The position numbers and the translations under genes are program-made. From Macrostomum lignano (Eukaryota): DNA of 64,000 nucleotides. The stretch is from the NCBI GenBank assembly GCA_002269645.1, contig NIVC01000414.1:434001-498000 (forward strand), written 5' to 3'. Below are positions 39,301 to 56,670 of this stretch, one piece after another; the stretch's first letter is position 1, and each line of letters begins with the position of its first letter. The notes beneath the pieces are model-generated. The model searched no databases, was not told the DNA's origin, and was given only the letters and a program-made list of their open reading frames with translations.

Positions 39301-41292
39301 GTGGGCGGCCACACTTCATTTGGGGCTTGTGTGCTCAAAAATTGGCCAGATGATTGTCGCACGATTCACAGCCATCCATGAGGGTCGATCTCCAAGGCAC
39401 AGAAAGTGTACATGCCTGACGATTAGAAAGTCAGGGCCGCCTGTGTACACCCTGTGTGAGCGTGTTTAGGAGTCAGCAGAATAACCAGAAGTACCACGGG
39501 ACGCGCTATTATCGTGGGCCTACCCTACAACGCTACCGCAACCTAAATCATTACATTATTATCACAAACGCTCGCAGAGATCACATTCAACGAGCGCATG
39601 AGAGCGCAGCGCCTGTTCGACACCGACAATCAGCTGGTGCGGGACCGGCTGGCCTTCGGCAGCCGCGTGGAGACCAGAGGATGTCCAGCCGATACCAGCG
39701 CCGGGGCGGCTAAAGCGATCAAACAGGATGGTGGTGGAAAAGCGGAAATCGACAGATCAATGATGTGAGTTGGCTGCTCTGAGCTCTCAGGCAATTTAAG
39801 TAAAACCTTAAATCTAAATTTTTAGCGTCACTCGTTCGCTTAAGTGCAGGAAAGGCCACTGTAATCTATTACAAAGTACATTCTTTGAAATTAAGTTATG
39901 AGCTATTATGTCTATGCATCTACAGCCCCTGGTGCTGGCGCCACTGGTGCTGGCGCCCCTGGTGCTGGCGCCCCTGGTGCTGGCGCCCCTGGCGCTAAAG
40001 CCCCTGGTGCTGGCGCCACTGGTGCTGGCGCCACTGGTGCTGGCGCCACTGGTGCTGGCGCCACTGGTGCTGGCGCCACTGGTGCTGGCGCCACTGGTGC
40101 TGGCGCCACTGGTGCTGGCGCCACTGGTGCTAAAGTCCCTGGTACTAAAGCCTCTGGTGCTAAAGCCCCTGGTGCTAAAGCCCCTGGTACTAAAGCCTCT
40201 GGTGCTAAAGCCCCTGGTGCTAAAGCCCCTGATGCTAAAGCCCCTGGTGCTAAAGCCTCTGATGCTAAAGCCCCTGGTGCTAAATTCCCTGGTGCTAAAG
40301 CCTCTGATGCTAAAGCCCCTGGTGCTAAAGTCCCTGGTGCTAAAGCCTCTGATGCTAAAGCCCCTGGTGCTAAAGTCCCTGGTGCTAAAGCCTCTGATGC
40401 TAAAGCCCCTGGTGCTAAAGTCCCTGGTGCTAAAGCCCCTGGTGCTAAAGCCCCTGATGCTAAAGCCCCTGGTGCTAAAGCCCCTGGTACTAAAGCCTCT
40501 GGTGCTAAAGTCCCTGGTGCTAAAGCCCCTGGTACTAAAGCCTCTGGTGCTAAAGCCCCTGGTGCTAAAGCCCCTGATGCTAAAGCCCCTGGTGCTAAAG
40601 CCTCTGATGCTAAAGCCCGTGGTGCTAAAGTCCCTGGTGCTAAAGCCCCTGGTGCTAAAGTCCCTTGTGCTAAAGCCTCTGATGCTAAAGCCCCTGGTGC
40701 TAAAGTCCCTGGTGCTAAAGTCCCTGGTGCTAAAGCCCCTGATGCTAAAGCCCCTGGTGCTAAAGCCCCTGGTACTAAAGCCTCTGGTGCTAAAGCCCCT
40801 GGTGCTAAAGCCCCTGATGCTAAAGCCCCTGGTGCTAAAGCCTCTGATGCTAAAGCCCCTGGTGCTAAAGTCCCTGGTGCTAAAGTCCCTGGTGCTAAAG
40901 CCCCGGATGCTAAAGCCCCTGGTGCTAAAGCCTCTGATGCTAAAGCCCCTGGTGCTAAAGTCCCTGGTGCTAAAGTCCCTGGTGCTAAAGCCCCTGATGC
41001 TAAAGCCCCTGGTGCTAAAGCCACTGAAAAGTTCTACTGAATCCTGAAATTTTTTGCCCCTTGACACGGCAGCAACACAGAGAACCACACTGTTTCCTCG
41101 CGCAGCCCTCAGCAGACCTTCGACTCAATCGAGGCCGCCTACGAGCAGCGGCGTCAGCGCAAGACGCCCATGGAGTTCACCTACTTTGATTGGTCTCGAG
41201 TGCCGCGCTACCAGCAGCGCAGGACCCAATCGGACAGCAAGGACATTATGGTGAACCAGCTGCAGAGGGTGACCGTGCGTTACCAGGTCTGA
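35748..41292 (+). CDS. LRRC72: Leucine-rich repeat protein, LRRC72-like (about 291 aa)
   Basis: Exons 35748-35786, 36633-36706, 36819-36888, 36974-37169, 38721-38810, 39578-39764, 41073-41292; GT-AG, phases consistent, 876 nt. LRRs LQAVWLNGN, LYLHNNKL, LLLHNNQL; LRRcap LFDNPVAQEKHYRDYVIFHLPSVKVLDRHEIT; C-terminal AFG and FDWSRVP segments as in recalled LRRC72. Confidence 0.82.
35952..36444 (-). mobile_element. Penelope-like element fragment (GIY-YIG endonuclease C-terminus) bracketed by about 95-bp inverted repeats
   Basis: YIGKTKRHLLTRAKEH..FKVID..KLNILEALHIKLHKPTLNVQ at 36078-36345; arms 35952-36045 and 36346-36444 are reverse complements and include (GA)n. Confidence 0.8.
37482..38545. 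repeat. 23-bp minisatellite GAGAATAT(G/A)AGCATCAGGGAGTT
   Basis: About 45 copies in LRRC72 intron 4. Confidence 0.94.
39925..41022. repeat. 15-bp minisatellite GGTGCTAAAGCCCCT / GGTGCTGGCGCCACT
   Basis: About 73 copies inside LRRC72 intron 6. Confidence 0.94.
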
Positions 41293-41637
41293 GAGGCAAT
41301 GACAAGTAAAGAAATACAAAACCAAATATTTTTTTCTCTGTAGTTCCTTCTTCACTACTTTAGAATAACTGAAAGCAAAGTGGTTACCATTGAATTTTTT
41401 AAATTTAATTCTGCCTCACACAGAACAGCTCAATAATGTATAGGGACACTGTGTCTACCACTACGGTACGAAAATTTTCTATGAAATTTTGCGTTTTTTA
41501 ATAATTGAATCTCAAATAAACAAGTTTTATATCAATTTTTTGCCCATTGTGGTTTTTTATTACGCTGCTCAATGTATATTTTAAGAATAATTTCTCAAAA
41601 ACATTTTGTATACTCTTTGTAAATATTAATAATAACA

Positions 41638-41908
41638 GATGTGCAACCGACAGCTCAGCCGCAGCTATTGCGCGGCGCATCTGAAGGCTGCGTACGGCTG
41701 TTCAGTCCAAGGACTGGGGGGTCGCCACACACACCCTCAATTACCCCAGCTAATGCTGACAACCCATTTTACAGCTGGTGTGAACTGGAGTAAAGCAGAA
41801 TCAAGTGTATTGTTGCTCAAGGACACTAACTGTTCTGATTCGGTCAAGAATCGAACCCCCGACCTTTCAGTCGTGGGTCCGACGCTCCAACCACTAGGCT
41901 ACAACCCC
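41638..41908 (-). mobile_element. tRNA-derived SINE
   Basis: Minus strand: A box TAGCCTAGTGG, B box GGTTCGATTC, then GTGTCCTTGAGCAA..CAGCTGTAAAATGGG central domain; second copy at 48263-48449. Confidence 0.8.
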
Positions 41909-42740
41909 TTTTTTGTAAATGTTATTCGGTACATTCCAATAGCCACAGGGAGCTTAAATGAATGAACTTTCACAAGGCGTCATAAGCGTGGCGTACTTTA
42001 CGAGCGAATCTGCAAATTGAAGTTTCCATTCCATTTGTACAATTTCTTTGCAAAGTCTTTCGCTAAAATGAAAGAACCGCAGCCGCCACAAATGGGCCAT
42101 TAAAGTGAATATAAAAAACTTTATCCATCCTTTTCTTCCCTTGGCCTGTCTCGATTCAGAAGGTCGCGTCGAGACTCCTCCCTCCCCTCTCTCGGACTGC
42201 AGCTCGGTCAGTTTCGGGCAGCGGATGAACCCCGTTGCACGCCGCAAAAGGTCCTGCGTTCCTGGGAAGTCTTCCCCCCAGTCAGTTCACCCACTCATTC
42301 CCCAGCCCCCAGCAGCCCCCTGTGTTCGCTATTCACCAGCCCGCCCAGACTAAGTGCGGAGCTTCAGCGCCGGCCCAATCGATCAATGCGCACCCCCACA
42401 GTTTAAAAAGGTCTCGCCAGCCCGTCTCTTTCAGCCAAGCAGCTTCCTTATTCGTTGTAACATGGAAGTTGCGCTATGGAAATGACTGAACCTTCCTTCC
42501 CCTTGTTTCCTCTGTCGGGCAGGTTAAGGCGTCTTGCACCCTTGCGGTTGTGTAGGAGAGGGTCGGCCTAGTCACGTACACTGGACCAACCGCGCATCAA
42601 ATTGATCTTGGCTGCGTACTGGAAGCGCCAACCATCGCTAGTATTTATCCATGCAGGGTGCGGCACCCAGCAGCTTCTCTTTCATCGCCCCGGCACTCAG
42701 CTAGTCAGAAACCCGAACGCAGTAACCCTAAGCAAGAAGA

Positions 42741-44018
42741 ATGTCTCGTCAGGTGCGCATGACTCGTCCGGATTCCGGAACGCCGTGGGGCTTCCGGCTG
42801 CAGGGCGGACGCGATTTCAACTCCGCTCTCACCATCCAGAAGGTGAGCAAAGGCGGCATGGCCGAGCGGCACGGCGTCTGCGTCGGCGACAGGGTGGTGA
42901 GCATCGGCGGGGACCCGACACACAATTGGACACACCAGCAGGCCCAGCAGGCGGTCATCCGATGCGGCAACGAGCTCGACCTTGGCTTGGCGAGCGGCGG
43001 CGGCGGATTCAACCACGCCTACTTCCAGCCTCAGCCGCAACAGCACCAGTTCCAACCGGCCGCGGCTCCTTACAGCCCGCCAGCCCGCCAGACTGCCGGC
43101 AACTCTAGCGGCGCCACACGGCTGCCCGCCGCGAACGCGTCGCCTTCTTCTCCATCGTCGCACTATTATCCACCCGCTCCGCAGCATCACTTCGCTAAGC
43201 CTAACGCTGTACAGCATTACTCTTCGTCGCCACAGCAGTTCTCGCCACAGCAGTTCTCGCCACAGCAGTTCTCGCCACAGCAGTTCTCACCGCCGCAGCA
43301 GTTCTCGCCGCGGAACTTTTCTCCGCCTGCTCAACCGCCGCCGCCGCCACCTCCGGCCCCGGCTCCGCGTTCAGCTGCTCCTCTGATGTCGTCTGTCGGT
43401 GGTGGAGGCGGCAGTGCCGGACTCTCCGGTCGCAGTCGCCGTGGCGAGGCCCAGCGCCAAACTCAGCAAGCGGCCGGTGGCGTCCCGGTCTGCTCGGTCT
43501 GCGGCTCGGTGATCCGCGGCCCGTTCCTCGTGGCGCTGGACAAGTGCTTCTGCCCCGACCACTTCAACTGCAGCGTCTGCGGCCGCAACCTTGAACCGTG
43601 CGGCTTCGTTGAGGAGGCCAACCAGCTGTACTGCGAGGACGACTACGTCCGACTACTGGCGCCCCGTTGCGGCAGCTGCCAGCAGACGATCGTCAGCGAG
43701 AGCGTGCACGCCATGGACCAATACTTCCACCGGCAGTGCTTCGTGTGCGCTCACTGCCGACAGAGCATCGCCGGGCGGAAGTTCCGAGTTGAGGACAACC
43801 GGCCCTACTGCGAGAAGGACTGGGGCGACCTGTTTTTCACCAAGTGCGCCAAGTGTCACGAGGCGATCGCGCCGATCGATCGCTTCGTCGAGGTGCTGGG
43901 CGGCACTTATCACGCCGAGTGCTTCTGCTGCGCCGTGTGCGGCACCTGCTTGGAGGGCAAGCCGTTCGCTCCGAAGGATGGCAAGGCCTACTGCAAGCTG
44001 CACGCCAGGCGTTTCTGA
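42741..44018 (+). CDS. PDZ and LIM domain protein of the Enigma/Zasp family (PDLIM5/PDLIM7/LDB3-like), intronless, 425 aa
   Basis: N-terminal PDZ (PWGFRLQGGRDF..VGDRVVSIG), Pro/Ser/Gln-rich linker with SPQQF repeats, three C-terminal LIM domains with intact Cys/His spacing. Confidence 0.92.
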   Translation: MSRQVRMTRPDSGTPWGFRLQGGRDFNSALTIQKVSKGGMAERHGVCVGDRVVSIGGDPTHNWTHQQAQQAVIRCGNELDLGLASGGGGFNHAYFQPQPQQHQFQPAAAPYSPPARQTAGNSSGATRLPAANASPSSPSSHYYPPAPQHHFAKPNAVQHYSSSPQQFSPQQFSPQQFSPQQFSPPQQFSPRNFSPPAQPPPPPPPAPAPRSAAPLMSSVGGGGGSAGLSGRSRRGEAQRQTQQAAGGVPVCSVCGSVIRGPFLVALDKCFCPDHFNCSVCGRNLEPCGFVEEANQLYCEDDYVRLLAPRCGSCQQTIVSESVHAMDQYFHRQCFVCAHCRQSIAGRKFRVEDNRPYCEKDWGDLFFTKCAKCHEAIAPIDRFVEVLGGTYHAECFCCAVCGTCLEGKPFAPKDGKAYCKLHARRF

Positions 44019-44506
44019 AGTCAATGTTAAGATTTTGTTGTTTTTCGCATGGACAGCTAAAGCAGAAGGACGCTACACTGCATATTCTTAGAAATGGGCT
44101 GGAATGTGCTATCCTGTCGTATCGTTAGTGCATTTATGAGAGTAGAATGCTCTCGAAAAATCTTATCTTTATAGACCGAACTTGTCTATGTCGAAACCTC
44201 TTTTTAGTCCTACGCGTTCTCCAGCGAATTCTGAATGCACTAGTGATACGAAGAATACGCGTTCCTTAGCGTAATCCATCTGATTTCCAGGAAATTGGAG
44301 TCGCGCGTCCTTTTACTTCAGCTGTGCATGCCTTCTGAATTTTTAAAACTCGAGCCAAACCGGATTATTGTAGGATCCTGTTGCTGAGTTCTCAGAAACC
44401 ATGTTGTCTCTATTTTGATACAGCTTTCTACAGCTTGACTAGTGATGCTACCTGAAAATTCTGATGGATAATATTTTAAGAAAGCGCCTGACAAGCTCAA
44501 AAAGTA

Positions 44507-45231
44507 CCGTGGCGCACAATGGATTAAGACCACAAAGTAAAATTATTTTAATTTTGGCATACTTGTCTTTAAGCTAAATTCAAGTATTAAATTGGCAGTA
44601 AAACTTGTAGGAATACAAGTGTTACTTTATTTACCATTGAATTAAGACCATCTTTAAATACTTTCGAAATAAGTAAAGCAAATGCCACTGATATCCAAAA
44701 ACTACTTTAGTACTTTGTAGCAAAGCCTTTTGATTAAATCACAGCATTGCACCGCCTAGGAATGCTATCCACCAGCTTCTGGCCCACTTCTGCCGGGATG
44801 GCAGCCCACAAGTCCTCAATGATACGGTACAGCTGATCAAGGGAAGCTGGCTGCTGCATCTGGATGTCCCGCTCGACCCATGTTCCACAGATTCTCAATC
44901 GGATTGAGGTCTGGTGACTGCGCTGGCCAGTCCATGGTGCGTATTGTTCTCTGTAAGCCATGCCTTCACAACCTTGGATGTGTGCTTCGGATTGCTGTCC
45001 TGCTGAAGCAGGTTTTATTACTCTGTGGCTTGTCAAATTCGAAAATGAGACAAGTGACTCCAATCAAACACACTCAATTGCAAGTAGTCACCCAACACAT
45101 CATTTATTTAACTGATTGATACCATGGTTGTCTATACCTGATTAGATTAAAATGCTCCAGCAATCTGTGTAGGTTATGAAATTGAAAGTTCAAATTTGTG
45201 TTCGGTGGTCTTAATTCATTGTGCGCCACTG
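44507..45231 (-). mobile_element. Internally deleted Tc1-like (DD34E) transposon
   Basis: 27-bp TIRs C(C/A)GTGGCGCACAATG(G/A)ATTAAGACCAC with TA on the left flank; C-terminal transposase fragment QQDSNPKHTSK..WPAQSPDLNPIENLW..LVDSIPRRCNAVI at about 44734-45010. Confidence 0.87.
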
Positions 45232-48200
45232 GATGTGAGCTTCGATTTTGGTTTAGTAACCGTCAGCCCTCAAGGCAAGTGACAGATTAAGCTAAGCGGC
45301 CGCAGTTAACGGATTAACTTAAAAGTCAGCATAAAAAACAGTTGGTACGACTTCTTCTTTCTTTCATTCTCTCCTGCTGTGTCATTTGTTGGTCGACTTG
45401 TTCTCACTTTGACCTCCGCATACTCGTTCTTCTGACGGGGCACAGAGTTCACTTGGTTTTAGTTATTACTAAATAGTATTAGAAATATTATAATTCTTGC
45501 CTGATCTGTCTGACAGTCACGGTGTATCATACTATAGCAGTTTTTTAGCTGCCTACGTATCCCTTATAATTTATTTTGCAATGCCTTTGATCATTTATAG
45601 CGCTTTTGTAATTTCAGATAATTCGATCGCTTTATCGGAGAATTTTATTCAAACCATTTTTTACCCCATGGACAGCTGAAGTATGATTCGGTATTTGTAG
45701 TATCGCTGGTGCATCCAGTATGCTTTCGAGAGGTCGGATATATTTAAGACTGAATCTGTCTATGGTAAAACTCCATTCAGCCCCGTCCGTGCGTTCTCCC
45801 ATTGAGCACACTAAATGCACCAGCGACACGACAAATATACGTGACTCACCGGCCTCCGGTTTATTTGTAAGTTTATCCTTACCCAGAAATATTCTGATTT
45901 CATAGCCTTTAGCCAATTTTTAAGCAACGGTTCATTTATTGCTTGCAAAACGCAATGTACATGAGCCTACCGCTGTGTGGTAATTTTTAAACCTGCTTTT
46001 CTAGGAAATTTAATTTAATTCACGTACTTGAATATTCAACTACAAACCTTTCTGTGCTTTTTTATATATAATAAAAGAACTTTTAACATTTTTTTCACCA
46101 CGTTTCATACTGGACATTTGAAGTTGCGTATGCATGTGTCCAATTAGCGATGCGAACAGCTTACTACTCATTTGCAGTAGTCAGTGATGATGAAAGTTTG
46201 CATCCGTATTGTACTGAATATAACATTATTCACTTTACCGAAAGTTAAATACACAGGAAAAATAATTACACAGTTAATTACACAATTAAATTAAACCTGC
46301 TTAACTGAAGATTATGTGTCCGAGGTGATGTATCAGCATCTTAATGTAGTGCGTGCGTGTTTTTGCAATGATTTTTTATTACGAATATTCAAATGTATAT
46401 GCTCATATCTTACTAATACAACTCTATCGGTTATACATCTACGTGAAAATTCATAGACTTACATGTAATCTGCACAGGGTCAATGAAGTCATTTGTAGTC
46501 TTGAAGTCACTCTAGGATGCGACTTGACTTCTAGAGTGACTCTTATTTGCGGCTTAAGTCTTAGAGTCACTCTATAGGGTGAGTCCTGAGTCTTTGAGTG
46601 ACTCTAGTGTCACACTTGGGTCTTGGAGTGACTCTGGGGGGAGACTCGAGTCTTGGAGTGACTCTGGGGGGAGACTCGAGACTGAGGTGAGACAGCATTC
46701 TCGCCTCATTCACTCTGTAGTCACAGTCGATAAACACAAGTGCACGCACTGCTGCAAGTGCAACAGCATCAATTATAGCCTGTGAACTTTTTTACTCTCA
46801 ATAAAGAGAGAGAGAGAGAGAGACTGCCCTGCCCAGGAAGTTTTGGGAATTTCTTCCCATATCAGTGTCGCTATCCATAGTGTTTGCACTAAGCAAAAAG
46901 CCGCCAATGCTGCTGAGGCATTGTTTCCGAGCAGCTCATTCTCCCACGCCATCCCCGTTCCCATCTGCTCCCAATGCCGTATCTTCCTTTTGGCCCCTCT
47001 GGCTCCGCCTGTTTCTCACTCGGAGCCTTCGCCTGTGAATTGCAAAAGCGTCGTCAATACCCGGTTGCCACTGGCAACTCGGGCATTGGGGCCTGGCTGT
47101 CTTGTAAATGCGAGAAGCGCGCGCCTCTGGAAGTCTGCAGCTGAGCGGGAAGGGGAGCAGAAGACTGTTCAGAGGGAGAGAGTGGGAGAAGCTACAGCAA
47201 TAAATGCCTTTGTGAGGCCAAGCTTCATTTGTGGACTGCGAATTTCGCTTTCAATTCAACCAAATCCACTCCGGAGCGCTGTTGCAAAGCAAAAATCGAT
47301 GGCTCAGCAATACTGAGATGGTGGGTTGGGATGCCCTCCACCTGTCTGCTTCCGCTACTCGCTTGTGACTCTCACTGCAGGCTGGTCCTCATCGGAACTT
47401 CTGTGTGTCAAATTTGCCCCGTACTAGTCTCATTGCAATTCTACTCTGTTGTGGCAGAATTCTTTTTAAAAACTAGCTTGATAGGAGGGTTGTTTTCTGT
47501 CTTTTGAAATTGATTGACAATTTATTACGTATTTAATTTGCACATTGCATTATGCTAGTTTATCAGGAAGTGGTGCTCACTAATTTAGCCCATAGAGCTA
47601 CAGAATGAGTTGCATAAATATACGAGTATCATGGATTGTTCATCTGTGAAATGCCTGTGGCCCCGACCCACCGCAGTCTCGGGATAGTCCCCCCATTCAA
47701 TTAATTTGGCTGAGTGAGTCTACCGCGTTTCAACTTTATTGGTTAATTAGATTAATCGGAATGATACCATCGGTTCACTAGCATAGTGCTCATAATCTTA
47801 CTTCTGTTTTTAAGCTACTGTTGCTCTTTGCATCGTTACGCGATATTACATTTGCTGTAATTCGGTGCTGTAATCCATGATATATTATACTTTTGTGCAC
47901 CATTTTTTGCCCACTGTTCTGTCTAGGGTAAAAATCCATGAAAAATGCGTTCTTCAAAGATCCAGTCTGATCAAACGATTGTTTTAAACAAGGAAAATCT
48001 AAAAAGTTTCTGCGGAAATGCTAATCATGGATGCGCAGTTTAAGAAAGGGCAGCGAAATTACAATATAATCGCTTTGAGAAGCATCTGAGTAGATTTACC
48101 TCTTGCATCCATTGTGCTGATGGCAGCACACCAGCCCAATCCGCGTCTTGCGTACGCTCGTATTGTTATATTGGACTCACTATATCTGTAAAAATCTGCC

Positions 48201-48262
48201 CAAAGTCCTTAATTGGTATAGCAAAAGTAATAATAATCGATTACACAAGCCCCAACTGGGCC

Positions 48263-48449
48263 AGATATGCAACCGACAGCTAAATTACCCCAGCTAATGC
48301 TGGGATTCATTTTACAGCTGGGTGAACTGAAGCAATGCAGAGTTAATTGTTTTGCTCAAGGACACAAATTGTTCCGAGTGGGTCGAGAAACGAACCCCCG
48401 ACCTTTCAGTCGTGAGTCCGACGCTCTGACCACTAGGCTACAACCCACC
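48263..48449 (-). mobile_element. tRNA-derived SINE, second copy with an internal deletion
   Basis: Aligns to 41638-41908. Confidence 0.78.
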
Positions 48450-49576
48450 ACTAATGGGTACATCTTACTAAACCATATTTGGTACCATTAAAAGGTCATT
48501 TAACATTATCTAGTGCCCCAAAAAGAAGCGTTAGGCTAATAGCTGACGTAACAGCCATCTAATCAAACTTGACTCAGAGGTTGGAGGTAGGTAAACGCGT
48601 CGAGATCAGAAAGTTCGGGCCGCTTACACCCTGAGAGAGCGTTTGTATAATTGCATGCCTTCATGCATGTATTTATGGGCGCCCCTCAGAAGTCAGCGGA
48701 AATGGTCAGAATCGCCTCGGGGCTGTTCGTAGGATGCTGCTTACAAACCTCCTGCAAATTATTACATTTTCAATTGCTAATTATTTTTTTACGCTAGTAG
48801 TAAATAGGATAGTTCCAAAATTAGCGAGCTCACTTGACAAGCTTTGTTGCAACACAATACTCCATAATTTCGATAATAGAGAAAGAATTGTTACTGCAGT
48901 TCAACGATTGCTTTCATTGATGGTGGAAGCGCGCATCAGGCATAGCCATGGTTCCAGATTTGTTTGGTTAGAAAAAAAGAAAGCCTCCCTAATCGATAGG
49001 CTGGGCTTTGGAATCTCTGAGGGGGTGGACAAAAAAGTCTCATCTCGTTGTTCAGCAAAGAGCGAATGGGAGAGAAATCTCCAGTGGAAGCTGCATCCCA
49101 ATTTGTGGTGGCAGCTCCTCCCCAACTCGCCCGTCTTCAGATTGGCGAGCCAGACAGGGAGTTTCTGCTCCTCAATTCTTTCTCTCTGGCTTCTTTTGCT
49201 GCTCGGAGCGGATTTATTGCTCTCTGCCAACCTGTGGGATCCCAGGATTTTCACTATTAGCTGAAACATACCTTGAACTTCGAAGCATTGATAGCTTCTT
49301 TCTTTGCGAACTCTCTTTTTCACAGATTGTTCATTTGCGTTCGGTAAACGGTATGTAAATAGTCTATTTTTTAAAGCTACTCTGAATCGTATAAAATTAG
49401 TTTAATCATTCACAAGCTGGAATAATTTACAAGCTCAAAGTCTCACATCGTAGGAATCGTGCTAATGTTTTTTTACACGATTTTTTCACGCTAGGTTTCA
49501 ACTTTGAAAAGCCTGTCCCTCGACGCTGTCAACTTGTTTTACTGTCGATATCCTCTTTAAGGTTCAGCGGACAAAA

Positions 49577-52518
<2,942 letters not shown>

Positions 52519-53302
52519 GTTTGAGCTGTGGAGTTTTATTCTGTAAGACAGAAACACATGGTTATTATTTACTTACTATTCGAGCGAAAGACAAACGCTA
52601 TTACTGACAGGTAAAGAGGATCGAAGCTTCTACTTGAACAAACTTTAGTTTCACAGTGAATATTCATTTTTGGAAAAAATCTATTTTATTAAATTTAAAT
52701 CTGAAGAATGATTTCCTTTTTGGCTGACTATATTTAGGCTTCAGAGCTGTCAAGTGTCATGCCTTTTCTGTACAAGTGGCATCAAACTTTGGATCGAACT
52801 ACGAGTATACTACGCTAACGATTGATACAGTTTTTATTGATCTGTTCACTGTGATGCTACCTGAGAGGTCTCTTGAGCCTTGCTAAGTCTTGTCTTGATA
52901 TTTAAATCTTGTTTTTCCCAATAGCTACTCGTCAATCTGCACTGGCCTGATATTGCTTCATCGTTCGTAGAAAATCCGGTTTATCCGGCCTGCTCTACCC
53001 AATAAAGACACGAGTTTTTTTAATGACAACAAGCAATCATTTTAATTTTAAAAAATTAATGAAAAAAAACAATTGAACCGAGTATTTGGTGATTTAGGCT
53101 TGCCTTCTCTGCCCATTGGCATCTCTCTGTCGAGTCAACCTATGCGCGCCTTTCTTTCATCATTGATTCTCCGATGCCCGTTTTTACTGTAACGAAAGTA
53201 AATAGACTGTCCTATTTCAGCGCTGCCTACAATTTTTCGAAACCATTAGCGGATAAAAATTGCTTTTGTTAACTTTCTTTGTTCAAGACTAGTAGTAGCA
53301 GC

Positions 53303-53425
<123 letters not shown>

Positions 53426-54076
53426 CCTATTTTCACAGATTTTTTCGTAAGCGATGACTCCATGAAGTCAGAGGCATGACCGACTATGGATACGCTAGCT
53501 ACCTCACTACGAGCGGCAGGCAATATCTCTTCCCCTCTTCATTCCATTCGGAAGGGTAGATCTGCTTGTTGATTATTCATTAACAGGGTTCACACCCCCT
53601 CTACCTAAAAGATAACTCCTACAAACTGTTGCAACAACAGAATTGCCCGGGCCCGGAGATACTGACCAACTGACGGCGACGGACCTCCCCAAAGCCCAAC
53701 AGCAACCCCAATTTCCATCCCTGCTTACCTGTTGCCATGCCGCATGAAATAATATTCCATATTGAGCTCTTGGAGGGGGACAATGGGACACAGCAGAGGG
53801 GGGATGCGAGAGGCAGAGCGAGGGCGCAGCCAGCCGGGACAAATGAGTTTATGATTATCCTCCTCATCACTTCGCAGGTATCCGGTCAGTTTTCATTCAA
53901 CCCACACTTTACTTGACCAATGGGGCTCTGTCTATTCAGCCGGAGCTAATTTGCAAAGACGGACATCGGAAGCCGCCCCTTCACGGGACTTGTATTTTTG
54001 TGATCCGATAAGCTCTGGCCTCCTGGTGACCAACCTTCTGTCTAGTAGCAGAAATCATTGAGCATTTCCAGCTGAC

Positions 54077-56053
<1,977 letters not shown>

Positions 56054-56475
56054 GACGATAGCTCTGAGACAATGCGCGTGGCATCCGGTGGCGTTAGACT
56101 CTGAAACCAATGAGAATTCTATTAAAACAAATAAGCCTAAGTTTTAAATTAAGCTGGTACGAATGCCCGAAGTGGAGTTCAAGCCACTGGATGTAGACTT
56201 AATCATAGCAGAATTTGACCTTAAATGAACTATCGAAACTGCCATTGCACCACCTTGAAAATGTACTATAACAAACTTTATTATACCACAGTGTTTCTTT
56301 TCTGCACAATTTTAATAGGAAAACAGAAAATACGCTTGTACGAGGTAAGTGGTTGCTTACATATATGAAGGCTATTATGCTATTTTGTTTAAATACATCC
56401 CACTTGCCTGTACCCCTTGTCTGTACCGCTAGTGTTTTGCTAGCGGAGAATCTCAATAAGCATTCTCCTCTGCTA

Positions 56476-56670
56476 TTGACAGCACTCGCCATATTCTCCC
56501 CACTGCCATAGACAGCACTTTCCATATTCCCCACTACCATAGACAGCACTCTCCATATTCCCCGCTGCCATAGACAGCACTCTCCATATTCTCCCCACTG
56601 CCATAGACAGCACTCTCCACATTCTCCCACTGCCATAGACAGCACTCTCCATATTCTCCCCGCTCCCATA
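56476..56670. repeat. 31-33-bp repeat GACAGCACTCTCCATATTCTCCCCACTGCCATA
   Basis: About 6 copies. Confidence 0.85.

Noticed and set aside
39814-41088. 380-424-aa AKAPG/LKPLV/RGFST repeat ORFs, superficially histone-H1- or collagen-like
   Set aside because: A 15-bp satellite that is open in several frames, lying between GT-AG sites of LRRC72 intron 6.
41800-41908. tRNA gene
   Set aside because: The tRNA-like head continues into a SINE body shared with a second dispersed copy; no clean cloverleaf was evident.
48734-49358. Overlapping 116-176-aa ORFs upstream of K2P-1
   Set aside because: No recognisable domain or supporting splice structure.
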